Translations under genes and position numbers: made by a program
Origin: an uncultured delta proteobacterium
GTDB lineage: Bacteria > Desulfobacterota > Desulfobacteria > Desulfobacterales > QNYZ01
Direction of reading: 5' to 3'
Assembly (NCBI GenBank): GCA_963845145.1
Contig: CAWJQU010000017.1
Coordinates: 1-64,000 of the forward strand
Length of the DNA stretch: 64,000 bases
Notes under the pieces: generated by a model
What the model was told of the DNA's origin: nothing
Database searches by the model: none
Seen by the model: the letters and a program-made list of their open reading frames with translations, nothing else
In this document: piece by piece, positions 19,003 to 30,052 of the stretch
Layout of the letters: each line of letters opens with the position of its first letter
How positions within the stretch are numbered: position 1 is the stretch's first letter

Positions 19003-19221
19003 ACAAAACGCCGCCTTTGCCATCGCTTCATGACCCGGTTGATATCGGGTTGATATCGGATTTATATCGGGATTATCCAACCTATGCAAATGGTCATGGC
19101 CCTATCACGCTCAAAACGATGTCTTTTTCTTTCCCTATCGGGAATTTATACTTGAAATGACATAAGATATTTTTTACCCTGAGCGCTCTAAAACCAAGGA
19201 AAAAATCATGTCGGCGGCATT

Positions 19222-20745
19222 TTGAAAGGGTTGAAATTTAGAATCGGCACCACCTTTATCCTGCTCCTGGGGGCCGGGATGATTTTGATTAACATTGTCT
19301 TGGCGATGTTTTGGCAGCGGGATATGATCCGGTCAAGGATCGATCACGTGAAAGTAGCCATGGCGATTACCTCTGACGCTATCGGTGGAAAAAAGGTTAA
19401 TATTGACCGGTTCATCCGGGCATTAGCGACCCACACGGATGCCCAATGCACGCTGTTTTATTCTGCTGGAGAACAACCGGCCGTTACCCAGCCTACAGTT
19501 ACCCTTGGGGATTGCGATAATAAAGACAAGATGCTCGCAATGGCCGATGAGGCCATACGTACCGGCAACCCGCAGACCAGTCGTGGCAATTCAAGTATTC
19601 ACCTACTACCTTTCGCTAACCGCTTTCTCATCGTTTCCATGCCAATGGGTGGAAAAGAGGGGGCCGCTTCCAGTGCCCTCGCTGTATCCGTGTCGCTGCA
19701 GCCGCTGTCAAAAGACATGGTATCCAACCAAAAAGCGGTGTTTCTCTATATTCTTATCAATATTTTGATTTTAACCGCTTTGGGCTTGGTACGGATCGTC
19801 AAGGTCGTGATTCGGCCCATTGAGCGTTTGGCCCAAATGTCCGAAACCTATACCGACGAAGAAGGTTTCCATTTCCTGGCGCCTACCGGCGATGATGAGT
19901 TTCGACGGCTATCCACATCCATTAATCAAATGTTGAAACGCATTGAAGCGGATAAAAACAGATTGAAAACCACGGTCCGGTCGCTTCAATCTGCCAACAA
20001 ACAACTCAAAGATACCCAGCAGGAGATGGTGCGATCCGAAAAGCTGGCCGCCGTCGGCCGGCTGGCCGCCGGGTTGGCCCATGAGATAGGCAACCCCGTG
20101 GGTATTATTCAAGGGTATTTGGATTTGATTGGGCAGGAGGATATAACAGGCGAAGAAAAGAAAGATTACCTGACCCGCGCCGACAAGGAGCTTCAGCGAA
20201 TCGGTGGATTGATTCGGAGTTTGCTTGATTTTTCGCGCCCCGACCGACAATATCAACGTCAAGTATCGGTCCATCAGCTGTTGACCGAAACTGTTGAAAT
20301 GATCAAGATTCGTTCCACGAAGGAAGATGTGGCCGTGGTTGAGCAATTTGGGGCCGAAGATGAAACGGTTTTTGCCGATCCGGATCAACTGCGGCAGGTT
20401 TTTCTCAACGCCCTGCTCAATGCGTTTGATGCGGTCGTGGAAATGGCCCGAGGGAAAAGATCCATTGTTATTACCACTGAAGTATTGTCAACCGCCGACC
20501 AGAGTAATGGGGCTGGCCGCCGCATACACATTCGAATTCAGGATAGTGGGCCGGGTGTCAGTGAAGCGGATTTACCCAAACTGTTCGATCCGTTTTTTAC
20601 GACCAAGGAACCGGGGAAGGGGACCGGGCTGGGGTTGTTTGTTTCCCATACGATCATCGAAAGTCTCGGAGGCCGAATGGCCATCAGCGCTGAAGGTGAC
20701 GTCGGTACTGCAGTAATCATTGAGCTCCCCCTTATGGAAATTTAG
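19222..20745 (+). CDS. HAMP-containing NtrB/PilS-type sensor histidine kinase
   Basis: Two TM helices, LAHEIGNP H-box, QVFLN, DSGPG, FDPFFTTK, GTGLGL. Confidence 0.92.
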   Translation: MKGLKFRIGTTFILLLGAGMILINIVLAMFWQRDMIRSRIDHVKVAMAITSDAIGGKKVNIDRFIRALATHTDAQCTLFYSAGEQPAVTQPTVTLGDCDNKDKMLAMADEAIRTGNPQTSRGNSSIHLLPFANRFLIVSMPMGGKEGAASSALAVSVSLQPLSKDMVSNQKAVFLYILINILILTALGLVRIVKVVIRPIERLAQMSETYTDEEGFHFLAPTGDDEFRRLSTSINQMLKRIEADKNRLKTTVRSLQSANKQLKDTQQEMVRSEKLAAVGRLAAGLAHEIGNPVGIIQGYLDLIGQEDITGEEKKDYLTRADKELQRIGGLIRSLLDFSRPDRQYQRQVSVHQLLTETVEMIKIRSTKEDVAVVEQFGAEDETVFADPDQLRQVFLNALLNAFDAVVEMARGKRSIVITTEVLSTADQSNGAGRRIHIRIQDSGPGVSEADLPKLFDPFFTTKEPGKGTGLGLFVSHTIIESLGGRMAISAEGDVGTAVIIELPLMEI

Positions 20746-20838
20746 GGGTTCACCGCCCGCCGTTGGCGCCGGGTAATGTGACAACGGTATCATTGCTATG
20801 TGGGTTCATTCAATCCGATCCGCAAAGGAGTCAAGATA

Positions 20839-22212
20839 ATGACCGATCGAACGGCCGCAATTTTAGTCATCGATGATGAAGAGAATATGCGCCACATGCT
20901 CTCTGCCATGCTGAGTAGGCAGGGGTATGAAGTCACCACTGCTGCCGAAGGCCGGATGGGGCTTGAACGGATGTCCGAAAGCGAATACGATTTTATTCTT
21001 TGCGATATCAAGATGCCGGGTATGGATGGCATGGCTTTTTTAAAAAAAAGCCGGAGCCTGGATCATGGGGCCACGATTATCATGATGTCAGCTTTTGGAA
21101 ATATCGATTTGGCTATAGATGCGATGAAGCTGGGGGCTTACGATTACATCTCCAAACCATTTAAAAACGATGAAGTGCTGTTGACCCTTAAAAAAGCCCA
21201 AGAGCGTGAACAACTGTTGCGTGAAAACCGGCACCTGAAACAACAGGTTAAAAATCTGGAGGGTCCACTTCGATACGGTAAAATGATTGCCGCCAGCAGG
21301 GCCATGCGGGAGGTGATTGAACAGGCCGACCGGGTTGCCGGCTATGATACGACCGTTCTGGTCACGGGTGAAAGCGGTACGGGGAAAGAGCTGATGACCC
21401 ATGCCATTCATTCACGCAGCCAGCGATGCCGGGGGCCGTTTGTTGCAGTCAATTGTGGCGGTATCCCTGAAAACCTCCTTGAAAGTGAACTGTTCGGCTA
21501 TACGCGTGGCGCCTTTACCGGAGCGGATCGAAATAAGAAGGGGTTGTTTGCAACGGCGAATGGCGGCACCTTGTTTCTGGATGAAATCGGTGAATTGCCG
21601 ATTTTGCTTCAGGTAAAGCTGTTAAGGGCTTTGCAGGAAAAGGAGATTCAACCCGTCGGGGCGGAAAAGCCGGTAAAAATCGATGCACGGATTATCACGG
21701 CCACGGCCAAGGATTTGGAGCGCGAAGTCCGCAATGGCCATTTTCGCGAAGACCTTTTTTACCGCCTCAACGTTATCTGTCTGACCATGCCGCCCCTGCG
21801 AGAACGATCCGAAGATATACTGCCCCTGTGCGCCCATTTTCTTAAAGGAATGAATACCCGCCTGGGGATGGCCGTGGAGGGGATTTCCGAAGAAGTTCAA
21901 AGGGCTTTCATGACATGGCACTGGCCGGGAAATGTTCGCGAGCTGGAACATGCCCTTGAGCATGCCCTTGTCATGGCTGGCGAAGGCCAGGTTTTACCGG
22001 AGCATCTGCCGGAGCAATTTCGGCGGTCAAGTCCATCCGACCCCATTTCCATTAAAAAGGCTCAGAAAATACTCGAGCGTCGTCTGATCGGACGGGCCTT
22101 GGCAGCGACCGGCGGTAATAAAAGTCAAGCCTCCGAAATGCTCGAAATCAGTTATCCATCCCTGCTGGATAAAATAAAAAAATACCAGATTGAACTACCG
22201 CAACCTTTATAA
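20839..22212 (+). CDS. Sigma54-dependent response regulator (NtrC/PilR family)
   Basis: REC domain, GESGTGKE, GAFTGA, LFLDEIGE, WPGNVREL, Fis-type HTH. Confidence 0.95.
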   Translation: MTDRTAAILVIDDEENMRHMLSAMLSRQGYEVTTAAEGRMGLERMSESEYDFILCDIKMPGMDGMAFLKKSRSLDHGATIIMMSAFGNIDLAIDAMKLGAYDYISKPFKNDEVLLTLKKAQEREQLLRENRHLKQQVKNLEGPLRYGKMIAASRAMREVIEQADRVAGYDTTVLVTGESGTGKELMTHAIHSRSQRCRGPFVAVNCGGIPENLLESELFGYTRGAFTGADRNKKGLFATANGGTLFLDEIGELPILLQVKLLRALQEKEIQPVGAEKPVKIDARIITATAKDLEREVRNGHFREDLFYRLNVICLTMPPLRERSEDILPLCAHFLKGMNTRLGMAVEGISEEVQRAFMTWHWPGNVRELEHALEHALVMAGEGQVLPEHLPEQFRRSSPSDPISIKKAQKILERRLIGRALAATGGNKSQASEMLEISYPSLLDKIKKYQIELPQPL

Positions 22213-22370
22213 GTTCAAATGCTGTATCATTTTGGTGTGTTATTGTCTGGTATAATTACCATTGTAGAGATGGTTGACTATGATGTGCAAGCCGATTAAA
22301 ATAAGCGAAATCCGATGAATCGACGAGCGACTAATGAGTGGTAAAAATCCTTAAAAACAAAGGAGATCCG

Positions 22371-22892
22371 ATGAAAGATCTAATGCGCACGGGCCCCCTC
22401 GTCTTAAAAACAGTGATCGTATCATTCGTTCTTATCATAACCGTATCGATATCTGTTGGTGCGGAGTTGTACCGTTACACTGACGAAAAGGGAGCGGTAC
22501 GATACACCGACGAGCTGGGTATCGTCCCCGCCGATCAGCGCCCCAATGTCAAAACCATCATGACCCCGGGCCGACCGGTCGCGAAAGCACCGATGGTAGA
22601 TAAAGCTGCAGCGGAAGACTCCCCTGAAAAACCGGTGACATCACCTGAGGATGATCTCCGGCAACTTGAGTTTGAACGGTTGAGCCAGGAAAAAAAGATA
22701 CTGGATGAAGAATTTGGTGAATTGATGAAAACAAAAGAGTCGCTCAATCAAAATAAGGAGCAGCTCGACGCCAAAACGTATAACGAGCAGGCGAATCAGC
22801 TCAATGAACGCATCGCCGCTTATGAGGAAAAGCGAGAAGCCTTTAAGAAAGCAGCGGATGCATTTAATTCTCAATTGAACGAGAATGGTTAA
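22371..22892 (+). CDS. Exported DUF4124-type protein with coiled-coil C-terminus
   Basis: Signal-like segment followed by AELYRYTDEKGAVRYTD. Confidence 0.75.
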   Translation: MKDLMRTGPLVLKTVIVSFVLIITVSISVGAELYRYTDEKGAVRYTDELGIVPADQRPNVKTIMTPGRPVAKAPMVDKAAAEDSPEKPVTSPEDDLRQLEFERLSQEKKILDEEFGELMKTKESLNQNKEQLDAKTYNEQANQLNERIAAYEEKREAFKKAADAFNSQLNENG

Positions 22893-23018
22893 GTCCACGG
22901 ATCGAATCAACCTTCGGCCGATCAACATTGTCAATTATTGGGGCGACATTTCTCAGTGCTTATCGCGCACGATCAATTGATACTGAAACCGTTAAAAATC
23001 GCTTAAATTTAGGATAAG

Positions 23019-24845
23019 GTGATGCCCCTTATGGCCGACTCTGTCAGCCACCCCATGACGGATAAAGCGATCCTGCAAGCGCTGGTCAATGACAGCTTGA
23101 TCAGTCGGGATCAAGCTCGGGAAATCCTGTTTAAAAGTGATAGTCTTAAAAAGCGATTGGAAACCAGGCGAGACCGTCAGCTGAAGGGGGAGGAGATCGA
23201 TCGGTTTATGGGAGCCGACCCGGTAACGCTGCTCGATGTTCTGACGGATCGCTCTCTGCACCGCATCGGCGATACGTTTAAGGGGTTGGACGAAGATGTC
23301 ATGTACCAAACCCTGGCAGCCCATTGGGGGGTCCCTTTTCAGAACATCGACCCGCTTAAGCTTGATCTGAACCTGGTTACGGCCACGATTCCTCATTCCT
23401 TTGCCAGAAAGCATATGGTTATTCCCCTGGCCCGACAAAATGGGGAACTCACCCTTGCAACCGTCAACCCTTTTAATCGGGAGATATTCGACGATATTTC
23501 CCGTGCGACCCAGTTGCGGGTGCGCCCGGTAGTGGCTACCAAGTCATCCATTATTAAAACGGTCAACGAGTTTTTTGGTTTTAAACGCTCCATTGCCGAG
23601 GCGGAAAATCATTTCGATTCGCCGTCCGTGGATCTTGGTAACCTGGAGCAATATGTTAAAATTAAATCGAGTGATGAACTCCCCGCCAACGATCAACACA
23701 TAATCAATGCCGTTAACCATCTTTTCTCTTATGCGCTGGATCAGCGGGCCAGCGATGTTCATATTGAGCCCAAACGGGATCGCAGCATGATCCGAATGCG
23801 TATTGACGGGATTCTGCACGATATCTACCGGTTACCGAAAAATGTTCATCCGGCCATCATCAGCCGTATAAAAAATTTATCCCGCCTGGACATGTCCGAA
23901 AAAAGACGCCCCCAGGATGGGCGCATCAAAACAGATCGGCAGGGAATGGAAGTGGAGGTCCGAATTTCAACGGTCCCGGTGGCGTTTGGTGAAAAGGTCG
24001 TCATGCGAATTATGGACCCGGAGGTGTTGTTTCAGGATCTGGACCAGCTGGGATTTGAACCGCCGGATTTGATTCGTTACAACCAAATGGTGAAGCGTCC
24101 GCATGGTATTATCCTCGATTGCGGCCCTACTGGAAGCGGAAAATCAACGACTTTATATTCGACCCTGCGCGATCTCTCTTCCCCGGAAATCAATATCACA
24201 ACGGTTGAGGACCCCATTGAGATGGTGGATGAGTCGTTCAACCAGATTGGGGTTCAACCGGCTGTTGGGGTTACCTTCGCCACGATTTTAAGAAATATTT
24301 TGCGCCAGGATCCGGATGTGATCATGATTGGTGAGATGCGGGACCTGGAAACGGCACAGAATGCCGTCCAGGCGGCCCTGACCGGGCATCTCGTATTTTC
24401 CAGTCTGCATACCAACGATTCTGTTTCGGCAATTACCCGCTTAGTCGATCTGGGCGTACCGCCTTTTTTAATTCAAAATACGTTGGTGGGTATTATCTCT
24501 CAACGACTGCTGCGTAAAATCTGTCCGCATTGTCAGGAATCTTTTTCGATGCCCAAGGCCGACTTGAAAGCTGTCGGTATTACGCTGCCCGGTGAGAGTG
24601 ACGTCCGCTTGAAACGCGGCAAGGGCTGTCACAAGTGCCGGGGAACCGGTTTTTACGGGCGGGCGGCAGTCTTCGAAGTACTGCCCTATACCGAGGCGAT
24701 TCGGCAGTTGACGACCGCTGAAACCGATCATACGGCCATTTTAGCCGCCGCCGCCAGTGGGGGGCTGATTTCGTTGAGAGATAATGCTGTTAAAAAAATG
24801 CTCAACGGCATTACCACCTACCGGGAAGTGCTTCGTGTAACCTGA
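23019..24845 (+). CDS. GspE/PilB-family secretion or pilus ATPase
   Basis: ASDVHIEP, PQDGR, GPTGSGKSTT, LRQDPDVIMIGEMRD, TGHLV, CPHC...CHKC. Confidence 0.93.
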   Translation: MMPLMADSVSHPMTDKAILQALVNDSLISRDQAREILFKSDSLKKRLETRRDRQLKGEEIDRFMGADPVTLLDVLTDRSLHRIGDTFKGLDEDVMYQTLAAHWGVPFQNIDPLKLDLNLVTATIPHSFARKHMVIPLARQNGELTLATVNPFNREIFDDISRATQLRVRPVVATKSSIIKTVNEFFGFKRSIAEAENHFDSPSVDLGNLEQYVKIKSSDELPANDQHIINAVNHLFSYALDQRASDVHIEPKRDRSMIRMRIDGILHDIYRLPKNVHPAIISRIKNLSRLDMSEKRRPQDGRIKTDRQGMEVEVRISTVPVAFGEKVVMRIMDPEVLFQDLDQLGFEPPDLIRYNQMVKRPHGIILDCGPTGSGKSTTLYSTLRDLSSPEINITTVEDPIEMVDESFNQIGVQPAVGVTFATILRNILRQDPDVIMIGEMRDLETAQNAVQAALTGHLVFSSLHTNDSVSAITRLVDLGVPPFLIQNTLVGIISQRLLRKICPHCQESFSMPKADLKAVGITLPGESDVRLKRGKGCHKCRGTGFYGRAAVFEVLPYTEAIRQLTTAETDHTAILAAAASGGLISLRDNAVKKMLNGITTYREVLRVT

Positions 24846-24874
24846 TTAGCGACGGTAGAAAAAAGGGGTTAAAA

Positions 24875-25321
24875 ATGCGAAAGAAAAAACAAAGCGTCAT
24901 AGACCACATCAATTCATTTATCGGCAAAGAGGTTAAATTTGACGGTAACCTGACTTTTACCGGCTCAGTAAAGATCGACGGTCATTTGAAAGGCGAGGTG
25001 AGGGCATCCGAAGGTCATTTGATCGTCGGCGATACGGGTGTCGTCCAAGCGGATATTCAAGTCTCATCGGTTCTTTGCAGTGGAGAGATTCGGGGTAAAA
25101 TCGCGGCCACCGAGAGCATCAATGTCCGGGTTCCTGGAAAGGTGTTTGGGGATATTCAGGCCCCCACCATCGTTCTTCAGGAAGGGGTCCAATTTGAGGG
25201 TAGCTGCAAGACGACGCCACCGGATCTGGCCGGCGCCGCTAAAGATAAAGCCGGGACATCTTCCGTTAAGCCTTTTCCCTCGGACAAGCAATCAAGCCAA
25301 AACGACGCTTCCGTAGGGTAA
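24875..25321 (+). CDS. Bactofilin (polymer-forming cytoskeletal protein)
   Basis: Repeated beta-helix motifs IDG..KG, G.V.GDI and EGVQFEG. Confidence 0.9.
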   Translation: MRKKKQSVIDHINSFIGKEVKFDGNLTFTGSVKIDGHLKGEVRASEGHLIVGDTGVVQADIQVSSVLCSGEIRGKIAATESINVRVPGKVFGDIQAPTIVLQEGVQFEGSCKTTPPDLAGAAKDKAGTSSVKPFPSDKQSSQNDASVG

Positions 25322-25350
25322 TATTTGGCTCAACTTTGTCGAAGGTCCCC

Positions 25351-26058
25351 CTATCCGTCCGATTGATCCCTGATGAGCATGGTGGCCGGGTCGAGTGAAA
25401 GTCCGGATTGGTCCGTTTCGGATCGAGGGCTTTTCAGCATGCGCACATGAATGGTTTTATCGTCAGGATCGAGTTGAACGGCCGTGTCAAAAAGATCGAC
25501 CACGGTATTCGGTGGTTTGGGCAAACTGCTGTCGGGAGTCTCTTTGGAGCGGTGAATCAGTGCGGTAAACCATACCCCAACACCCCATTGTTTGGCCAGC
25601 GGGCGCAATTCCGTCATTACATCTTCCGGTGAATCATCAAAATCCATGCCATCGATCAAAACAATCTGGGGATGAAAAATGGCCTGCTCGGTTAAATCCG
25701 CAATCCTTTCGTTTAGTTTTGACACACCGAAATGTTCCGCCTGAAAAGTCATGATGAAGCGATGTGTTAAAATCGTCTCCCAAGTATTTTGAATAATTGT
25801 GGAATCGTAAGATTCCCCGATTCGGCGAAATACCTCTTCGTACCAAAGTGAAACTTTTTGCACCGGCTCACCTAAACTCACGTGAAGTACATTTTTATGC
25901 TGGAGCAGGCTGTTTAACGCAATTTGCACAATGAAAGCGGTTTTCCCAACGCCGGCGCGGGCCAGCACAGCGCCAAATTCCCCATTGGCCAGTAGAATCC
26001 GCTGATCATCAAATAATCCACGCATAGGCGTCCTATCGATTCGTTCTTCTGTTAGCAT
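25351..26058 (-). CDS. RecA/KaiC/DnaB-fold P-loop protein of unknown function
   Basis: Walker A ARAGVGKT, LHVSL.E, VLIDG; downstream of fusA. Confidence 0.75.
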   Translation of the reverse strand: MLTEERIDRTPMRGLFDDQRILLANGEFGAVLARAGVGKTAFIVQIALNSLLQHKNVLHVSLGEPVQKVSLWYEEVFRRIGESYDSTIIQNTWETILTHRFIMTFQAEHFGVSKLNERIADLTEQAIFHPQIVLIDGMDFDDSPEDVMTELRPLAKQWGVGVWFTALIHRSKETPDSSLPKPPNTVVDLFDTAVQLDPDDKTIHVRMLKSPRSETDQSGLSLDPATMLIRDQSDG

Positions 26059-26154
26059 GATTGTATCCACCTTCTCTAATCTGTTTCTATACAAAGGTCA
26101 TCGTTGCTATTGAATAGTCATGGCCTGGCACCCGTGTTTGATTGAAAAAGAGCG

Positions 26155-28245
26155 TCAGGCGACCTTTCGTTTTTCATCTTCTCTTTTCTTTACCAGTGCT
26201 TCTGCAAGCGATTGCGGCACCTGGCGGTAAACGGCAAATTCCATGGTAAACTGGGCCTGTCCCTGGGTCAGGGAACGTAGCACGGTCGTGTAGCCAAACA
26301 TCTCCGCCAAGGGCACCTGAACCTCGATGGTGCACAGCGGGCCATCCTCCTGGGTTCCCACGATCATACCCCGGCGCTGATTAAGCGAGCCCATGACCGC
26401 GCCCTGGAATTCAGTGGGGGTTTCCACCGCCACCCGCATGATGGGTTCGTGAATCACTGCGGCCGCTTTGGCATAGGCTTGTAAAAAACCACCCCTGGCC
26501 GCGGCTTGGAAAGCCATTTCCGATGAGTCGACGGCATGAGACGCTCCGTCGTCGAGAACAATTTTAATTCCGGTAACGGGGAATTCCATTTTGGGGCCCT
26601 TGGCCAGGCAGCCTGCAAACCCTTTTTCGCAAGCGGAGATGTATTGGGTGGGAATTGAGCCGCCGGTGACGCGGTTTTCAAAGAGAAAATCCTCATCGGG
26701 GTTGGGTTCCATATAACCGCCCACCCGGCCGAATTGGCCGGCACCACCAGTCTGTTTTTTATGAATGTAATTGAATTCGGCTTTGCGCGTAATGGTTTCA
26801 CGGTAGGCCACCTGGGGTGCGCCGGTTGTTATTTCAACCTCATATTCCCGGCGCATCCGTTCTACGTAGACCTCTAAATGAAGCTCTCCCATCCCTTCGA
26901 TGATGGTCTCTTTGGTTTCATCGTCGACAAAGGTGCGAAAGGTCGGATCTTCCTTGGTAAATCGGTTCAGCGCTTTGGACATGTTGCCTTGGGAGCGGTT
27001 GTTGGTTGGGCTGATTGCCAGGGAAATCACCGGCTTGGGAACGAACATGGAGGTCATGGTCACCGACAATCCAGGCGAGACAAATGTGTCCCCCGAGGCG
27101 CAGTCGATGCCGAAAAGCGCACCGATGTAACCGGCGCGAATCTGATCGATATCTTCCATCTGGTCGGAATGCATGCGGGCCAGCCGTCCGATCTTAACTT
27201 TTTTTCCATCGCGGACATTTACTACCGTGGTTCCCTTGGCCAGGGTTCCCTGATAGACGCGAATGTAGGTCAACTGTCCATAAGGTCCGTCTTCGAGTTT
27301 GAAAGCCAGGGCAACCACCGGTTTTTCGGGGTCGGCCTCGAGAACGACCACGGCCTCGTCTTTTTGCGTGTCAAGACCGTGATTGACGACGTCGGCAGGG
27401 CAGGGCAGGTAATGGTTGACCGCATCCAGTAGCGGTTGGACACCCTTGTTTTTGTATGCGGAGCCTACAAATACCGGGGTCAATTCCCTTTTTAGGGTTC
27501 CAATGCGTATCGCCTCAATCAACAAATCCGGCGTGACCTCTTCTTCAAGGGCCGCTTCCATGAGATCATCTGAGAACATGGAGGCCGCATCGATAAGCGT
27601 TTCCCGCTGGTTCGCAGCGGTATCCAAGTAAGTTTCGGGGATCTCCTCGATACGAAGGTTCTCGCCGTTGGGTCCGTCAAAGTAGATCGCCTGCATGGTG
27701 ACCAGATCAACAACCCCTTCAAAGCCGGCTTCCAGACCAATGGGGATTTGCAGGGCCACGGCATTGTGCCCCAGTTTTTCCGTTAACTGGGCGATAACCC
27801 GATCGGGGTTGGCGCCGCTACGGTCGCATTTGTTGATAAAGGCGATACAGGGTACATTGTATCGCTTCATTTGCTGGTCAACCGTCATGGATTGGGATTG
27901 AACCCCTCCCACGGCGCAGAGCACGAGGACAGCCCCGTCCAGGACCCTCAGGGCCCGCTCCACCTCGATGGTAAAATCAACATGCCCCGGTGTATCGATG
28001 ATATTGACCTGGTGATTTTTCCATTCACAATAAGTGGCTGCGGAAGCGATGGTGATACCCCGCTCTTTTTCAAGCTCCATGGCGTCCATGGTGGCCCCCA
28101 CACCGTCTTTGCCTTTGACATCGTGGATGGCATGAATGCGGTCGGTATAGAAAAGAATCCGCTCGGTCAACGTCGTTTTGCCTGAGTCAATATGGGCACT
28201 GATGCCGATATTTCTCACTTTTTGAATTCGCTCGTCCATTGTCAC
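26155..28245 (-). CDS. fusA: Elongation factor G (stand-alone copy)
   Basis: [41 protein letters not shown]. Confidence 0.97.
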   Translation of the reverse strand: MTMDERIQKVRNIGISAHIDSGKTTLTERILFYTDRIHAIHDVKGKDGVGATMDAMELEKERGITIASAATYCEWKNHQVNIIDTPGHVDFTIEVERALRVLDGAVLVLCAVGGVQSQSMTVDQQMKRYNVPCIAFINKCDRSGANPDRVIAQLTEKLGHNAVALQIPIGLEAGFEGVVDLVTMQAIYFDGPNGENLRIEEIPETYLDTAANQRETLIDAASMFSDDLMEAALEEEVTPDLLIEAIRIGTLKRELTPVFVGSAYKNKGVQPLLDAVNHYLPCPADVVNHGLDTQKDEAVVVLEADPEKPVVALAFKLEDGPYGQLTYIRVYQGTLAKGTTVVNVRDGKKVKIGRLARMHSDQMEDIDQIRAGYIGALFGIDCASGDTFVSPGLSVTMTSMFVPKPVISLAISPTNNRSQGNMSKALNRFTKEDPTFRTFVDDETKETIIEGMGELHLEVYVERMRREYEVEITTGAPQVAYRETITRKAEFNYIHKKQTGGAGQFGRVGGYMEPNPDEDFLFENRVTGGSIPTQYISACEKGFAGCLAKGPKMEFPVTGIKIVLDDGASHAVDSSEMAFQAAARGGFLQAYAKAAAVIHEPIMRVAVETPTEFQGAVMGSLNQRRGMIVGTQEDGPLCTIEVQVPLAEMFGYTTVLRSLTQGQAQFTMEFAVYRQVPQSLAEALVKKREDEKRKVA

Positions 28246-28287
28246 TCTATTTACTCATTTTCATTGTTTTTATGATATTCGGCGCAC

Positions 28288-28323
28288 AAAAAACCCCCAA
28301 CTGGGTTGCGACCCAGGTGAGGG
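28288..28323 (-). terminator. Intrinsic terminator-like hairpin upstream of fusA
   Basis: Minus strand CCCTCAC-CTGGGT-CGCA-ACCCAG-TTGGGGG-TTTTTT. Confidence 0.6.
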
Positions 28324-28373
28324 ATATCGCTGCCGCCATTGTCGGCTGTAATTTAATTCATTCAAACTTATTG

Positions 28374-29435
28374 TCAAGGCGGTAGATCCTTTTGATGAAG
28401 ACGGTAATGTTGAAAGGCGGTTTGGGCCTCTTGGTCGAGGCGATCATAGTGGTCCTCATAGCGGGGTGAAAAATGAAAAACGCTCAGCCGTTTAACCCCG
28501 GTAAGGGCTGCCAGGTATCCGGCCTGACGAGCGGTGAGGTGGTATTTTCCGGTCGCGATGTCCCGATCTTTATCCAAAAAGGCCGCTTCAATAAAGAGGT
28601 GGTCGGCTGCCCGGGCCAACCTTTCAATACGATCCGTATTTTCAGGGGTAAAGCCCACATCGGTTATGTATGCGATTTTTTGCCCCGGGGTGATTCGGGC
28701 GAGTTCATCGGTCAGCTGGCCCAGTAAAAAGCGTGTCGATGATGTTCGCGTATGTGTCGCCGGAATGTCTATTGCGGTATCCGGTGAATGTTTCAAAAAC
28801 AGGTGCCTTTTGAATGTTTTAAGCCAGGGCCCAGGCGCCAGGCCAAGCTTGGTCAAGGCTGGCTTAATAATATTAATGTGAAAATGCTCTTTTAATGCCA
28901 ACCCCAGGCAGGGAATCTGGTGATCTAAAATAGCGGCCGTCACAGTAAAGGAAGGTGTTTCTAATATGGTATCAACCGTAAATGGACTGAGGTTTTCCCA
29001 GTTGGGATCGACTTGGGTGGAATCGATCTGGGTGGGCTCGAATCGATTCCGGCACCGATAGGTTCGGGTGGTTTGGCCGGATGCCGTAATTTCCGTGGCC
29101 CTTATGATCAGCGGATAGGTAAACTTTTCCACTAGGTTCCACTGATAACTACTTAATTTACCTTCCAAATTACTTAAAAAAAATTCAGGCCCGAACAGAT
29201 TCAGGGTTTTATCTCGCCCCAGGCAGAGCCGCAATAACCGGTCAAAACCACTGAAATGATCCATGTGGGTGTGGGTTATAAAGACGTGATCGACTTTCAG
29301 CAATTCCCGGTTTGTCAGCAGAGCGAGCTCTCCCGCGTCGAATAGCATCGCGTTGCCATGGTAAGCAAGCGGTATGTATAATGCGGGGTCCTCGTGGGTC
29401 GGGTTAACCAGTCGCGGCTGAAACGATAGGCGCAT
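28374..29435 (-). CDS. RNase Z-like metallo-beta-lactamase-fold protein
   Basis: LFDAG, THTHMDH, LDH.IP, YITD, IEAAF, HLTA.QAG, FHFSPRY. Confidence 0.85.
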   Translation of the reverse strand: MRLSFQPRLVNPTHEDPALYIPLAYHGNAMLFDAGELALLTNRELLKVDHVFITHTHMDHFSGFDRLLRLCLGRDKTLNLFGPEFFLSNLEGKLSSYQWNLVEKFTYPLIIRATEITASGQTTRTYRCRNRFEPTQIDSTQVDPNWENLSPFTVDTILETPSFTVTAAILDHQIPCLGLALKEHFHINIIKPALTKLGLAPGPWLKTFKRHLFLKHSPDTAIDIPATHTRTSSTRFLLGQLTDELARITPGQKIAYITDVGFTPENTDRIERLARAADHLFIEAAFLDKDRDIATGKYHLTARQAGYLAALTGVKRLSVFHFSPRYEDHYDRLDQEAQTAFQHYRLHQKDLPP

Positions 29436-29857
29436 CAGGTCGGTAAGTACCGTTGCACCTGCATATTGATGGTCGCGTAGATCTCTTCGTCGGAGCCGTA
29501 GATGTCGACGATATCATTGTGGTCCAGTAGCTTTTCGATAACAAAGGCTGTCAAATACAAACTAATAATGTGAGGATTGGGAACCAGGTTTCGAATTGGA
29601 GCAGTCTGATAGTCAATGTCAAAATCATCGGCACGGGTCATCGTTTCCAAGCACCGTAAAATTTGCGCTTCTAAACTGTTTTTGCTTTGTGTTTCCACCA
29701 GACCATTTTCCACCAGCTTCTGGGCGACAGCGTTTGCCAGTGGTTCATCACAATCGCGTAGATTGCCAATGGCACGGCGGCGGGCATGTTCCTTGGAAGA
29801 TTCGATTTTGGAGATAATGCTGGCCTCGCGGGTGCTGGGCCGAAAAGTTTTTGCCAT
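29435..29857 (-). CDS. Hypothetical protein
   Basis: 140-aa ORF with GAGG RBS; its stop overlaps the next start by one base (TGATG). Confidence 0.75.
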   Translation of the reverse strand: MAKTFRPSTREASIISKIESSKEHARRRAIGNLRDCDEPLANAVAQKLVENGLVETQSKNSLEAQILRCLETMTRADDFDIDYQTAPIRNLVPNPHIISLYLTAFVIEKLLDHNDIVDIYGSDEEIYATINMQVQRYLPT

Positions 29858-30052
29858 GGAAGCCTCTATTCCCTCTCATTCAAAGATTAATTACCAAGTA
29901 TTCGAACTGATCTTAATTCGACCCGGTCTTATTACGCCTAACAGTAAACTATTACTTCTAAAAATGACCGATTGCAAGTTAAAATTGATGTTTTTTTATC
30001 CATAGTGAATTAAGAGTGAATTATGTGCCTTCGTTTTTGGGTGAGCACCCTT

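Noticed and set aside
24106..24150. Asp in ILDCGPTGSGKS of the PilB/GspE ATPase as an inactivating change
   Set aside because: The Walker A core is intact; a single substitution or base error is not interpretable.
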